This document shows, piece by piece, positions 53,065 to 63,524 of a stretch of DNA of 64,000 nt. The stretch lies in IMG/VR virus record IMGVR_UViG_3300036761_004198. The stretch is one strand, 5' to 3'. This DNA is from an uncultured virus (IMG/VR IMGVR_UViG_3300036761_004198). Its lineage: Duplodnaviria > Heunggongvirae > Uroviricota > Caudoviricetes. The first letter of the stretch is position 1; every line of letters begins with the position of its first letter. Below the pieces are notes generated by a model, which worked only from the letters and a program-made list of their open reading frames with translations, did not search any database and was not told where the DNA came from. The translations under genes were made by a program, and so were the position numbers.

Positions 53065-53964
53065 TCAGAACGGAACGCCGCTCTCGGGATCCTGACCGGG
53101 TTCCTGCTTGGTCGTCTCGTAGGCCGCCTTCGCGAGACCCGCGAGCACGTCGTCGTGGAGCTTCTTCGCCGCAACGTAGCGCGCGTCGTTCTTGGGCAGG
53201 AGCGAGTTCTTGAGATCGTCGCCGCCCTCGGCCGGCGAGAGTACCGGGACCTGGTACGTGTTCGTGGCCTTGGTCTCGGATTCCGAGGTCATCTTCACGC
53301 GGTGCGCGAAGATCGGGACCTGGCCCGGATTGAGCTTCTTGCCGTTGATCGTCGGCGCGAAGTTACCGATCGCCGAGTTCCACGCGCGGTAGATCTTGAT
53401 CTTCGTCGACACGAACGGGATCATCGCAAAGCCCTGGATCTCGCCGGTCTTGGCGTCGTACACGATGCCGTAGATCTCGAAGCTCTCGACCAGCTCGTGG
53501 GTGGGCTGGGGCTTCTGGGTCTTCGGATCGGGCGGCTGCGGCACGGCGAGCTTGCCGATCGCGCGACCGTCGTTGCGCGCGATCGCTTCGGCGACGATCT
53601 TGGCGTCCTTGCGGTGACGACCGCGGAACCCGCCGCCGTCGTCGCGCGGGATCCACTCCGTCCAGCAGTGGTCGGTGATCGCCGGCACGAAGTAGACCTC
53701 TTCGTAGATCTCCTCGGTCACCGTGTTGCGGAACATGCCCGCCCACACCTTGCCCTTGCTCTCAGCGACCTCGGGCGAGTTCGACTGGAGCAGCTCGATG
53801 AGCGGCAGCTTCCGGTCGGACATGTCCTGGTTCTCGAAGCCCTGACCGGAGTCGTCGCCGTAGTCGAAAACCTCGATCGCCTGCGTCTCGGGCGGCGGCG
53901 TCATCGCCATCACCGGGGGCTGGTCCTTGCTTCCGTTCGCGCTTGCCTGTTGCTTGGTCGTCAT
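53065..53964 (-). CDS. probable ssDNA-binding/annealing protein
   Basis: GFEN....D..LP.I.LLQ..SPEV start, C-terminus ending VPF, position in the replication cluster. Confidence 0.55.
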   Translation of the reverse strand: MTTKQQASANGSKDQPPVMAMTPPPETQAIEVFDYGDDSGQGFENQDMSDRKLPLIELLQSNSPEVAESKGKVWAGMFRNTVTEEIYEEVYFVPAITDHCWTEWIPRDDGGGFRGRHRKDAKIVAEAIARNDGRAIGKLAVPQPPDPKTQKPQPTHELVESFEIYGIVYDAKTGEIQGFAMIPFVSTKIKIYRAWNSAIGNFAPTINGKKLNPGQVPIFAHRVKMTSESETKATNTYQVPVLSPAEGGDDLKNSLLPKNDARYVAAKKLHDDVLAGLAKAAYETTKQEPGQDPESGVPF

Positions 53965-54037
53965 TTCCTTCGTTCCTTCCTTGTTCGTTGCTTCGTTTGT
54001 TAAAGGCCGCGCCGAAGCGCCGCCTGAGAACCGAGAG

Positions 54038-54664
54038 TTACTTTCGCGACAGCTTCGCGAGGCGCATGTCGAAGATGTTGAAATTCTCGCGCGGCACGAT
54101 CGTGCCGTTGGCCACCAGCTCGCGGACGAGCGCGCCGAGCGTCGAGGCGTGCACATCCTTCTTGGCCTCGACCTCGAAGCCCTTGGCCCGCAGATCGACG
54201 ACCAGCTCGTCGGCGCGGGTGTCCTCGCCACGATCGAGCACGACCGAGACCTGGTTCTTGATCACGCCCCCGTGACCGTGCTCGATGAGCCAGCGCAGGG
54301 CGCCCATGCGCGCCTCGACGCGCTCGTGGCCGGGCAGTGACGCCTTGATCTCGCGCTTGACCTTGACCTGGATGCCAGAGGCCGTGGTGCACTCGTCGAG
54401 CCGCATCTTGCCGAGCAGCTCGGGGATGTCCTTGTTGAGGAGCTGCTCCTCGGCGGCCTTCAACTTCTGCGCGTGCTCCTCGGCCTTCTTGCGCTGCTCG
54501 GTGAGCCGCTCGGCCTGGAGCGTCAGCTTGTCCAGCTCGGCGAACGCGCGCGCGACCGCTTCCTGGTCCGGATCGGCATCGGCGCCGTAGTCGTAGAGGT
54601 CGGCCGTCGCAGTGGACGGGATAGCGATCTCGGCGAGGCGTGAGGTGTCAGCGGCGCGATCCAT
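54038..54664 (-). CDS. conserved phage replication-cluster protein
   Basis: IPELL...ALRWL..HG.G..IK...VH..TL.A.VRE. Confidence 0.65.
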   Translation of the reverse strand: MDRAADTSRLAEIAIPSTATADLYDYGADADPDQEAVARAFAELDKLTLQAERLTEQRKKAEEHAQKLKAAEEQLLNKDIPELLGKMRLDECTTASGIQVKVKREIKASLPGHERVEARMGALRWLIEHGHGGVIKNQVSVVLDRGEDTRADELVVDLRAKGFEVEAKKDVHASTLGALVRELVANGTIVPRENFNIFDMRLAKLSRK

Positions 54665-54830
54665 GGAGAGACCCTCGCATGAGGGTCTGACGTCTTCGAT
54701 CGACAGGTCCGACACGGGCTGCACCTGTAGCGAATTCGCGATCGATCCGTCAAGCGGGAGCGTACGCGCACATCACGCGGTGATCGCGGAACTGATCGAG
54801 ATCTCGCGGCTTCGCGCGCAGATCACAACC

Positions 54831-54941
54831 TGTGGATGCCTGTGAACAAAGGCGCGTCCAAGGCGTTCGCGTCGTCGGGAGCACGCCCTGATTGCCTCGG
54901 GCAGATCCCGACCAGATCCCTGTGGAAAAGTCTGTGGACGG
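54831..54941. promoter_or_regulatory. cluster of four co-oriented DnaA-box-like 9-mers
   Basis: TGTGGATGC 54831, TGTGAACAA 54841, TGTGGAAAA 54921, TGTGGACGG 54933 in an apparently non-coding GATC-rich gap. Confidence 0.5.
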
Positions 54942-55034
54942 AGATCAAATCCCGGAGAGATCCCTGCCCTAACTTTTTCTGGCCGACTTCGATGCCCGTG
55001 CAGCCTCACGCGAATGTTTCACCGATCGCGCGTA

Positions 55035-56657
55035 CTAGCCCACCAAGGGGAAGTTGAGGAAGAAGGCCATCCCCGCATCGACCGCCGCGGGCGCGAGAGG
55101 CGTACCGGGCGGCGTGCCAGGCGCGGGAGAGCCGGAGAGAAACTTCGCTGCGAACGGGACCGCCGTTTCGCCGCCGTTGAAGAACACCGACTCCAAGATC
55201 TGATCGATCCGCAATCCCTCTTGATGAGCGCCGGCGACGAATAGCTCACCCGTGGTGAGACGTTCGCCCGCGCCCCACGAAAGACCCGCGAAGATCGGCT
55301 GCGGTCGCTGCGCGCCCGGGGGTTGAGGCACCGACAACGGCAGGTCGGGACCTTGCCTCCACGTCTCGGTGATTGGATCCCACAGCTCGGTCATGTAGTT
55401 CCCAGGCGACCACAGCTCGTCGATGCCGCCGGCCGCGACGACGGTGCCGTCCGGGAGCTGAAACACGGCTGGGTAGCAACGACCCGCCGCCATCGATCCG
55501 CTTTGCCGCCACTGCGAGCCGGGCGCCTTGTTGATGTCGAATACCCAGCACGTCGCGCGCGGCCGACTGCAAACGAACGGAGGGCCGGCGACCGGCGTGT
55601 TGAGCGCGACGGGCCCTGAACCGCCGACGATCAGAGCCTTACCAGGCCCGATGTTGAGAGCGCGACCGAACATGCGGCGAGCTTGGTAACCCGGCGGCGT
55701 GAGTGGAGGCGCAACGATCGGATACACGCCCGACATCTCGCCCGCGATCACGGGAAGCGGATCTACGACGGTCCACGTGTTCGCGTCCGCGTCGTAGACC
55801 TCGGCGGTTTCGGTCCATTGATCCGGACACAGCGGCGCGAGAGCGTTGACCGAGTACGAGATGCCACCGACCACGAGCACCTTGCCGCCCCCGAGTGCGC
55901 ATGCGCCCGCGATGTACGCCCGCGGGACGGACATCTGTGCGCACGAGACCCAGGTTTGGGTCACGAGATCGAAGCGGATCGCCGATCGCGTGCCGCCCCA
56001 TCGAAAGAACGCAGCAGCCGCAGGATCCTCGAAGCCGGTACCACCGACGACGAACGGATCGCCGTCATGCAGACCGCCCTTGATGTAGATCTGCGGGAAC
56101 CGTGCACCACCGTCGGCCGGAATGTAGTTGTTCGTCGCCGGGATCAGGCCAGTCGGCGTCCACGTGTTCGCGATCGGATCGTAGATCAACGACGACGTGA
56201 GACCGTTCGCGAAGAGGAACGGCGGCGGCGGACCGTTGAGCGCGGGGTTGTTGAAGAATGGCGTGAGGCCACCGCACACGAGGATCTTTCCGCCGGGCAA
56301 ATGAAACACGACGGGGAAGACGCGCGGCGTCGGCATCGGTGCCGCCGTCATCCATGTTCCCGTCACCACGTCGAAGATCTCCGCACTCGCGAGCTGGCTC
56401 TGACCACCAGTCGCCGAGCCGCCGAGCACGATCGCTCGACCGTTGGGGAGCAATCCCATGTGGTGCCAGGCGCGCCCCGTCGACATGTTCGCGACACGCG
56501 TCCAGTGCTCGGGCTGGACCGTCGGTCCCGTAGGTCCCGTAGGTCCCGCGGGTCCCGTCGCTCCGTCGTGGCCGTCATGACCTCGATGCCCGCGGTGCCC
56601 GCGCTCGCCACGCTCGCCGTCGCAGTCGTTACCGGCGCGCTTATTGATGTCGGCCAT
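55035..56657 (-). CDS. Kelch-repeat beta-propeller protein with N-terminal collagen-like (Gly-X-Y) segment
   Basis: GERGERGHRGHRGHDGHDGATGPAGPTGPTGP; repeated L..G..LV.GG...E.YD...TW; AAGGAG RBS. Confidence 0.85.
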   Translation of the reverse strand: MADINKRAGNDCDGERGERGHRGHRGHDGHDGATGPAGPTGPTGPTVQPEHWTRVANMSTGRAWHHMGLLPNGRAIVLGGSATGGQSQLASAEIFDVVTGTWMTAAPMPTPRVFPVVFHLPGGKILVCGGLTPFFNNPALNGPPPPFLFANGLTSSLIYDPIANTWTPTGLIPATNNYIPADGGARFPQIYIKGGLHDGDPFVVGGTGFEDPAAAAFFRWGGTRSAIRFDLVTQTWVSCAQMSVPRAYIAGACALGGGKVLVVGGISYSVNALAPLCPDQWTETAEVYDADANTWTVVDPLPVIAGEMSGVYPIVAPPLTPPGYQARRMFGRALNIGPGKALIVGGSGPVALNTPVAGPPFVCSRPRATCWVFDINKAPGSQWRQSGSMAAGRCYPAVFQLPDGTVVAAGGIDELWSPGNYMTELWDPITETWRQGPDLPLSVPQPPGAQRPQPIFAGLSWGAGERLTTGELFVAGAHQEGLRIDQILESVFFNGGETAVPFAAKFLSGSPAPGTPPGTPLAPAAVDAGMAFFLNFPLVG

Positions 56658-56702
56658 CAAACTCTCCTTGTCCCCGAATATATAGTGAGCCAGATCCGAG
56701 GG

Positions 56703-57780
56703 CTAATTTTCGGTGATGTCCCCGTGCATCTCGCCGACGAGTCGCTGGACGACCGCTTGCCGGACGTCGTCGCGGCGCGCGCCCGGCCGGTACGCCGTCG
56801 CCATGATCGCGTCAACAATCTGCACGGCCGGCAGCCGACCCGGCACGTACGGATCGAGGATCGATCCGTCGGAGAAGCGGAGCCAGCTGTGCTCGACCGG
56901 ACCGCAGTGCCCGTCGACGACAGTGAGGGTGCTGTCCGCGAGCACACGACGGATGGCCCGCGCCAGCTCGTGACAGCGGAGTTCGTTGCCCCATGTGTCC
57001 GACACGCGCGCGACAAGCGTCTGGGTGCGGGCGAGAGTGCACGTGTGTGCCGAATGGAAGCACGCGCGCTCGGCGTACGTGATCACGCGCTGCTCCTGAT
57101 CGGATACGTCCACGAGCGGACGACGGCCGGCGTCACGCCGATCGCGGCAGCGATCGCTTGATACGTCACCACCGGCGAACGAAGGAGGACGGTGAGGCGT
57201 TGCTTGAAGTCCTCGGTCACGATGCACGCCGCGTGGCCGTCCAGCTTACTGCCGGCCCAGCGACGCCAGTGCCGACCGCAGTAACGGCAGGTGTTCAGAT
57301 CGGCGCCCGGATCGTCCGGGCACCAGCGTGCTCCCTGCGACGCGATCATGTTGGAGAGACGGAACTCGTCTCGAAGAGCAACGGCGTCGAGCAACATGCG
57401 GTTCAGCCTTCTCCGTGGTGCCGATCGCGCGCGCGCAGCCAGTCGAGGATCTCCTCAAGTTCGTGCTTGGCCGCAACCACGTGATCGTCGGTAGCGCACT
57501 CCTCCCAAACCTCCTTCATCAGTAGCTCGCCCCCTTTGAGGTCATCTTCGATCGCCATGATGATCTGTCGACGGACGAGCGATTGGATCTGCACCATCTT
57601 CATCGCCGCGCTTCCTCTGCCGCGTGATCGCTGCCGTGACGACGCGCGACCTTGCTCGTCTCCACCCACGCGCCTTCCCAGCCACACGAGCACCGCGGCA
57701 TGAACAGCTCGGGATACGCCGGTGACACGAGATGGACCGCGTAGCCTCCGCACACGACCTTGACGTGATGCTTCACGCTG
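56703..57780 (-). other. small hypothetical CDS (incl. 57083-57397 with C-terminal HTH)
   Basis: YQAIAAAIGVTPAVVRSW HTH-like; coupled ORFs. Confidence 0.55.
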
Positions 57781-57789
57781 CGCCCATGA

Positions 57790-58497
57790 TTATTTTTCCC
57801 CGACGCGACGCCGGGAACTGGGCGTGCCGCCGAGTTCTTTCAGGAGCGACGCGTGGAGCCACCCGGCGATCGTCTCAACGTCGACCCCGAGGATCTTGGA
57901 GGCACCCTTGATGTGGTTAGGTGCCATGGGGTACGTGCCGTTTGCCCAGGCACTTACCGTCGGCTTGGACACACCCATCACCTTCGCAAACTGTGAGCGG
58001 TTCATATCGATGAAGGTCAGCGACGCGACCAACTGTTCGCCAAAGCCCGTGCACCACACCGTTCTCGATGATCGAAGATCCCGCCTTCGCGAAGTCGTAC
58101 GTTTCCGTCTAGTCCGTAAAACATGGGTGCGCAGCCTGTGACAGTTAGAGCAAACAACATCACACTTAGCGATCTCCGCAAGCAGTACATCGCGACCCAT
58201 CTTGCGTGCCGCGATAGTAAACAACTTAATTTCTCCAGGACGATGATCAAAATCCATGCAGACGGGATGAAACCGTTTGCGACAGTCCATGCACGGCACA
58301 TTCTTGAAACTGAGGATCAAAGCGCGTAGTGCCGTAGACTTCTCCTTTGCACTATCTGTCTTACGATAACGCGCTCCACATCGAGCAGCGGACATACGCC
58401 CCTTGGCACTAGTCCGATATCTTTTTTGAGTAGTTCGTCCCTTTGCCGTTTGAAGATAACGGTGCTGAGCCTCGGCATAGTCTGCCTTGGTCCACAC
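57790..58497 (-). CDS. HNH-type endonuclease domain in frame with an XRE/Cro HTH
   Basis: CMDC...MDFDH...KCDVVCSNCHRLRT then MNRSQFAKVMGVSKPTVSAWANG; HNH part markedly AT-richer. Confidence 0.75.
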   Translation of the reverse strand: MWTKADYAEAQHRYLQTAKGRTTQKRYRTSAKGRMSAARCGARYRKTDSAKEKSTALRALILSFKNVPCMDCRKRFHPVCMDFDHRPGEIKLFTIAARKMGRDVLLAEIAKCDVVCSNCHRLRTHVLRTRRKRTTSRRRDLRSSRTVWCTGFGEQLVASLTFIDMNRSQFAKVMGVSKPTVSAWANGTYPMAPNHIKGASKILGVDVETIAGWLHASLLKELGGTPSSRRRVGEK

Positions 58498-58499
58498 GG

Positions 58500-59072
58500 C
58501 TAAGTCGCGGCTCCCATGATCTCGTCGTAGTTGAACTCCGTGCCAAGCGCGTCGTCGATCGTGATCAGCTCCTCGACGACGCGCTGGAGAGGCTCACCGT
58601 TGTAGATGTAGACGTGCGACGGAACCTTCACCTGGCGCTTGACGAACTGGCGGCCGAGCGACGTCAGTTTCCAGTAGCCGACGCGAGGGCTGCCGTCCGC
58701 GCGGACGTCCGGCTTCTCCTCGATGAGGCCCCAGAACTTCAGCTTCGCCCAGTCGCCACGAACGGCCGCGGCGCGGCGGGGATGGTCGGACACCATCTCG
58801 GAGATGTAGCTCGGAACGTGCAGCCACTCCTCGACAGGATCCCCTTGGAAGTAGCACGCGATCAGGAGCAGTACGTAGGCCATCGATTTGTTGAAGGGTC
58901 GTTTGTACAATTTCACGAACTGGTTGCAGCACGGGCACGTAGCACCTTTGCCGAAGCGCGCGCGTAACCACTTCTTCGCCTCCGCCAGCGTTGTCTTCTG
59001 GTCCGCGACGAAGAATTCCTCTTTCACGTCGCGCTTCGGATCATTCTTTGCGGCGGTCTTTGCGGCGTTCAT
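58500..59072 (-). CDS. hypothetical protein, Zn ribbon plus wHTH-like
   Basis: CPCC...KLKFWGLIE...GYWKLT..G..F. Confidence 0.7.
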   Translation of the reverse strand: MNAAKTAAKNDPKRDVKEEFFVADQKTTLAEAKKWLRARFGKGATCPCCNQFVKLYKRPFNKSMAYVLLLIACYFQGDPVEEWLHVPSYISEMVSDHPRRAAAVRGDWAKLKFWGLIEEKPDVRADGSPRVGYWKLTSLGRQFVKRQVKVPSHVYIYNGEPLQRVVEELITIDDALGTEFNYDEIMGAAT

Positions 59073-59100
59073 GGCTTCACGATAGCGGGCGGCTCTGACA

Positions 59101-60765
59101 TCACTCTTCAACCAACCAGGATCTGTATTTATCGCCGGTAACTTTGTTGGCAACGTCAGCGCAATCCTGAAGGGAGCGTAAGATCTTCTCGTCGACCGTC
59201 TTGTACGCGACCATGTCGTAGTAGCAGACCGCGCCCATACCGCCGCCGACGAGCCGGTGCGATCGGTCTTCGCTCTGGAGCCGATTGATGTAACTGAAGT
59301 CGTTCGAGTAGTAGAAGACGCTCTTGGCCATCGGCAGCGAGTGCCCCATGCCCATCGACGACGCCTTCGCGACACAGAACTTCTTCTTCCCCTGCTTGAA
59401 CTGATCGAGCCCCGCGTCGCGATCCTTCTGGCTAACGAGCCCGTCGTAGCGCGTGCACTTTGGCGGGCCGAGCGCGCGACAGATCGAGTCGACGTCCTCC
59501 GTGAAGCGCGCCCATACAATCGCCTGATGTGGCGTGTCTTCGAGTCTCTCGAGCAGGAGCTGAAGCCGCGGATTCTTACCGTCATCGTTGAAGAACCGCT
59601 TCGGCTCCGCCTCTGGATCCTCTGGGTTCGGCAAGTATCCGCACGCGATCTGCTGGAGGCGTAGTACCCGCACGAGCGCGAGCGGCGCCGTAATGAGCAC
59701 CCCCGAATCCAGCTCGACCATGTACTCCTTGCGGAGCTGATCGTAGACCCGGCGCTGCTCGGGCAGTAGATCGAAGAGGAGCCGGCTATAGAGCTTCGGT
59801 GGCAACTCGACGCCCGCGTCCTCCTTCGTGAGGCGCGTCGAGACCGGCATGATCATCGCCTTGAGCTTGTCGAGCTCACGGAAACCGACAACAACCTCGA
59901 TCGTGCGACCGACCGTCGCCTTCTTCGGGGCTGCCGTCGCTGCGGGTCGCGAGACCTGCTTCACCTCGTCAGGTTCCAGGACCTCGGAGAAGTCGAGCTG
60001 CTCGTACGCCGCGATTCCGGCCTCCGTCGCGTCGTGCGGAACGATCGGCTCCCAGCTGTGCTTCCCGCGCCCGGCGCGGTCGTCCTCACCGCCGACCGGG
60101 ATCCTCCGCGTGATCGCGAACTGCGCCTTGAACGCGGTCCACGATCCGATGCCGTGTCGGATCCAGAACCGGTTGTCGAGGAGCTTCATCTGAGCGTAGA
60201 CGTCAAGGGCGCTGTTGCCGATCGGCGTGCCGTTAAGGAGCCGCACGTGCGAGGCGAACTGCCGGAGTGCGTCCACCTTCTTGGTGCGCAGCGCCTCGGG
60301 ATTACGCACCTTGCTCGCCTCGTCAATCACGAGCAAGAAGCGCGGAAAACGCTCCTTGAACTTGAGCACCGCTGCCCGACCGCGCGCCGTCATCATCCCC
60401 TCGTACGTGATCGCGAGCCACGTCAGCTCGGTCCGCCGGCCCGGCGTCGGTGCGAGCAGCCGCTCGACCGCCTTGTCCTGGCCCTTGCCACGATCGGAGT
60501 GCCAATCCATGCCTCGCCACGGCAGGCCGGCGTGCCTGGGCAGCTCGTCGCTGATCCAGTTGCGGTGCACGCCGTTCGGGGCAACGACCATCGCCCCGTC
60601 GATCCGGTTCTGCCGATAGAGGTGCTCGACGGTGCGGATCGTCGGAGCCGTCTTGCCGAGGCCCTGCTCAAACAAGACGGCCCACGCCACGGCGTCGCGC
60701 GTCTGATCGAACAGCTCCTGCTGGTGACGGAAGAGCGGGGGCGGCTCCTTCTCCGGCGTGATCAT
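59101..60765 (-). CDS. SNF2-family (SF2) helicase
   Basis: EQGLGKT, IDEAS, LNGTPI, LRLQQI, IVWARF, RLQSEDRSHR. Confidence 0.92.
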   Translation of the reverse strand: MITPEKEPPPLFRHQQELFDQTRDAVAWAVLFEQGLGKTAPTIRTVEHLYRQNRIDGAMVVAPNGVHRNWISDELPRHAGLPWRGMDWHSDRGKGQDKAVERLLAPTPGRRTELTWLAITYEGMMTARGRAAVLKFKERFPRFLLVIDEASKVRNPEALRTKKVDALRQFASHVRLLNGTPIGNSALDVYAQMKLLDNRFWIRHGIGSWTAFKAQFAITRRIPVGGEDDRAGRGKHSWEPIVPHDATEAGIAAYEQLDFSEVLEPDEVKQVSRPAATAAPKKATVGRTIEVVVGFRELDKLKAMIMPVSTRLTKEDAGVELPPKLYSRLLFDLLPEQRRVYDQLRKEYMVELDSGVLITAPLALVRVLRLQQIACGYLPNPEDPEAEPKRFFNDDGKNPRLQLLLERLEDTPHQAIVWARFTEDVDSICRALGPPKCTRYDGLVSQKDRDAGLDQFKQGKKKFCVAKASSMGMGHSLPMAKSVFYYSNDFSYINRLQSEDRSHRLVGGGMGAVCYYDMVAYKTVDEKILRSLQDCADVANKVTGDKYRSWLVEE

Positions 60766-61412
60766 CGTGAACCTCGACGCAGCACCGATTGGTTCGCCCG
60801 CTTGCTCACGACGCGCAGCGACGCGAGTGGTCGGTGGAACTCGGCGAAGTCTCGGGACAGCTCCGCATCGGCGAAGCTGGACACCGTAACGTTGTCACCA
60901 CCGACGTACTTGATCGCAGACGGATCGATGGCGCGTGCGGCGATAAAAGCGTTTACGATCTTCTCAAACTCCCAGGGGGCCTCGTGGTGCACCTGGCAAT
61001 TCTCCCGCGTGACCAGCTCGCTCGTCACCGGACATGGGAATTCTGTAACCTCCGCGAAGGCGGTCTGTTTGACAGCTAAGATCTGGTCGACGACCGCGGT
61101 ACGACACGACTGACTAAACCAGAAATAAGGAGTAGACGGCGTCAGACACTCCTTGTAGCTGATGTCCGTGTGCGTCCCATCGAGGCGCTCGATCTGGAAG
61201 CCCGCCGTCCTGAACGGCAACACGCAAACCACGCGGATACGCGCGATCCCGATGCCGATCTTCTCGGCAGCGCTTTGATGACGGGTGAACAGCGATCGAA
61301 GAAATTTCTCCTCCGGTCCGTCTATATTTCGGTAGCCGCGGCGCAAGATCTCCTGCACGCGACGACGAACGGCCTCCTTGCTCGCGAACTGCTCGTCTCC
61401 GACGATGATCAT
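60762..61412 (-). CDS. DCL/DUF3223-family domain protein with HNH-like C-terminus
   Basis: L..L..RH..A.EKIG.GI..I.V...F.I.R.DGT..D.SY..C; then CPVT...VHH...N. Confidence 0.7.
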   Translation of the reverse strand: MIIVGDEQFASKEAVRRRVQEILRRGYRNIDGPEEKFLRSLFTRHQSAAEKIGIGIARIRVVCVLPFRTAGFQIERLDGTHTDISYKECLTPSTPYFWFSQSCRTAVVDQILAVKQTAFAEVTEFPCPVTSELVTRENCQVHHEAPWEFEKIVNAFIAARAIDPSAIKYVGGDNVTVSSFADAELSRDFAEFHRPLASLRVVSKRANQSVLRRGSR

Positions 61413-62263
61413 CGGTAGTGCCTCGCCTCCCGCTCGACGATCAGCTCGCCCCGATCGTAGTCGACGTGCAAGATCGTGCCGCAGTTATGGAAGCGGTACG
61501 TGCCCCCCTCGCCGAGCTGACAGAGTCGCGCCGCTCGTGCGGCCTCGGCCGTCGGCACCACGGCAGCGGGAAGCCCCCCGAAACGACGATCCGTCCAGCC
61601 CCAGCGCCGCACCGGCACGAAAGAGCCGATGAGCATCCCGCACAGCAGGGTGAACGTCGTCACGCGCGCACTCTCCGTGCTCAGGGTTTGCCGGCAGTGG
61701 GGTTGCCCGCGGCAGGCTTGCCGGCCGAAAGCGGCAGCGCGTTGGCGATCGTGTCGCTGACGTGCTTGAGTAACTCCTTGCGAGCAGCCTCGTCCCCAGA
61801 CGTCGACGACGAGACCGCGTAGATGAGCGTCTCGGTCAGAAAGACGATCGGGTCCCTCTTCGCCGACGTGACCGCGTAGAAGAGGGACTCCGTCAAGAAC
61901 GTGATCACCTGTCCCGCTGCCTGGCGATAATCGCCCCTGGACTGCGTGGCCGCCGCGTTGAACAACTGTTCAACGAGTTGATCAGGACTGATAGCCTGGG
62001 TGTTGGGATCATTCGGAGTCGGCATGGTCTTCGTCTTCCCCTTCCTTGCAGGCGGCACGCGCCTGCGACAGCTCGTTGTGCATCTGCGCTGCGTCTCGCG
62101 CGGCGGCACTCCGGCCGCGCAGGTAACCCATCTCGTACGCGAACAGCATCCGATCCGTGACGACGGCGGAGGGCTCCTCGCCCGTCTCGCGCGCCCACCG
62201 CGCTACGAACTCGCGCGCGGCGAACCGGCCCTGCTCGCTCACCTGGTCACTCACGTGAGTCAC
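61409..62263 (-). other. three small hypothetical CDS (61409-61663, 61681-62025, 62009-62263)
   Basis: ORF tiling; 61681-62025 has repeat FLTESLFYAV / FLTETLIYAV. Confidence 0.6.
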
Positions 62264-63501
62264 GCCTTCGTCTCCGACACGTCAATGATCATCCCGTCGA
62301 CGGCATCGCTTCGAGGACCGCCCACGCACGAGCACTCGGGACACGGCGACAGGCAGCGTGCGCACGCTAGAAGCTTGGTGACCACGTGCGTGGGGCACCA
62401 CCACACAGAGTGCCAGACGCGCCAGCCCAACGACACCGCCGCCGCGCTGTGCGCCGGTGAGAGTCGGTAGTAAGCATCCTCGTCCGTGACTGGCGTCAGC
62501 CTCGTACACGTGAGCGTGAGCGTCTCCACGCACCCTTCCTCGTGACAGTGCATGCCCCAGGACGACTCTGGCGGAGTGACCGGCGACGGCAGCACGGAGA
62601 CGTAGCCACCGATCGCCGCCTGCCGCTGTTGCGGCGTCATTTTCGCCGCAACCTCGATCGAGGACCGGAGCCGCGCTTCGAGACTGGCTCCCTCCTGCAT
62701 GCAAGCAGTCCCCAGCCACGCCACGGGGAGCGATCCGCCACGGCAGAGATGTTCGTCGAGGTTCGCCGCCAGCTCGGCCACAGCGTGCCACTGGCCGTCA
62801 AGCATCGCGCGGCGAAGGCGGGAGAGCTCCTCATCGACGACGAAACCGTCGAAGTCTCGCCGCGCGTCCTCATCCGCGTTCGACCGCGTGCTCACGATCG
62901 CCTTCGAGCCTCCGACCAGATCGGCCTCCATCTCATCCATCGGCGTCGGCAGACTCTTGCCGTCCCACGCCAGTACCCGGATCGCCAGCTCGACGTGCTC
63001 GTCGCACAGGCCGTCCTCGCAGTCGGTCTGCACGAGGCGGTTTCCGTGCATCGCCATGTCGGACCCGTCGTCGAGGATCACGAAGCGATCGACCTCGGGG
63101 TGCTTCCGCAGCCAGAAGTCGATCTCGTAGCCACGGTACATCCGTTCGAGGTGTCCGTACACGGTCACCATCTCAGGCTCGCCGTGGCCCTCGGGCGTTT
63201 CACCGATGATCTCGCCCATCAGTCCGTGCTCTTCGAGCATCCGGCGCAGCTCCGGCGGATCGAAGAGCTTGCGCCAGGTGCTGCTGACCACGATCTTCGC
63301 GCCGGTCGTCGCGACGAGACGATTCAGACGGGCGACCGCGTCGCGATCGATCTGGTGGTAGAGCTTGAAGCAATCACACGTCGTCTCGCGCTTGGGACTC
63401 ACGGGCTCGGTGTGCCCGAGCTGGCGGTGCTTCGCCTCGAGCTTGAGAGCGTAACTCTCGCTGTTGAGCACACCGTCAACATCTAGAAAAATCACATGCA
63501 C
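62260..63501 (-). CDS. HAD-domain protein (Swiss-army-knife RNA-repair type) with long C-terminal extension
   Basis: IFLDVDGVLN, IVVSSTWR, RGYEI..WL, FVILDD. Confidence 0.85.
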   Translation of the reverse strand: MHVIFLDVDGVLNSESYALKLEAKHRQLGHTEPVSPKRETTCDCFKLYHQIDRDAVARLNRLVATTGAKIVVSSTWRKLFDPPELRRMLEEHGLMGEIIGETPEGHGEPEMVTVYGHLERMYRGYEIDFWLRKHPEVDRFVILDDGSDMAMHGNRLVQTDCEDGLCDEHVELAIRVLAWDGKSLPTPMDEMEADLVGGSKAIVSTRSNADEDARRDFDGFVVDEELSRLRRAMLDGQWHAVAELAANLDEHLCRGGSLPVAWLGTACMQEGASLEARLRSSIEVAAKMTPQQRQAAIGGYVSVLPSPVTPPESSWGMHCHEEGCVETLTLTCTRLTPVTDEDAYYRLSPAHSAAAVSLGWRVWHSVWWCPTHVVTKLLACARCLSPCPECSCVGGPRSDAVDGMIIDVSETKA

Positions 63502-63524
63502 GCGGACCGCCTCACTGTCTCGCC

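Noticed and set aside
55470..55486. TGGGT-N7-ACCCG as another operator
   Set aside because: Spacer is 7 rather than 8 bp and it lies inside the Kelch CDS.
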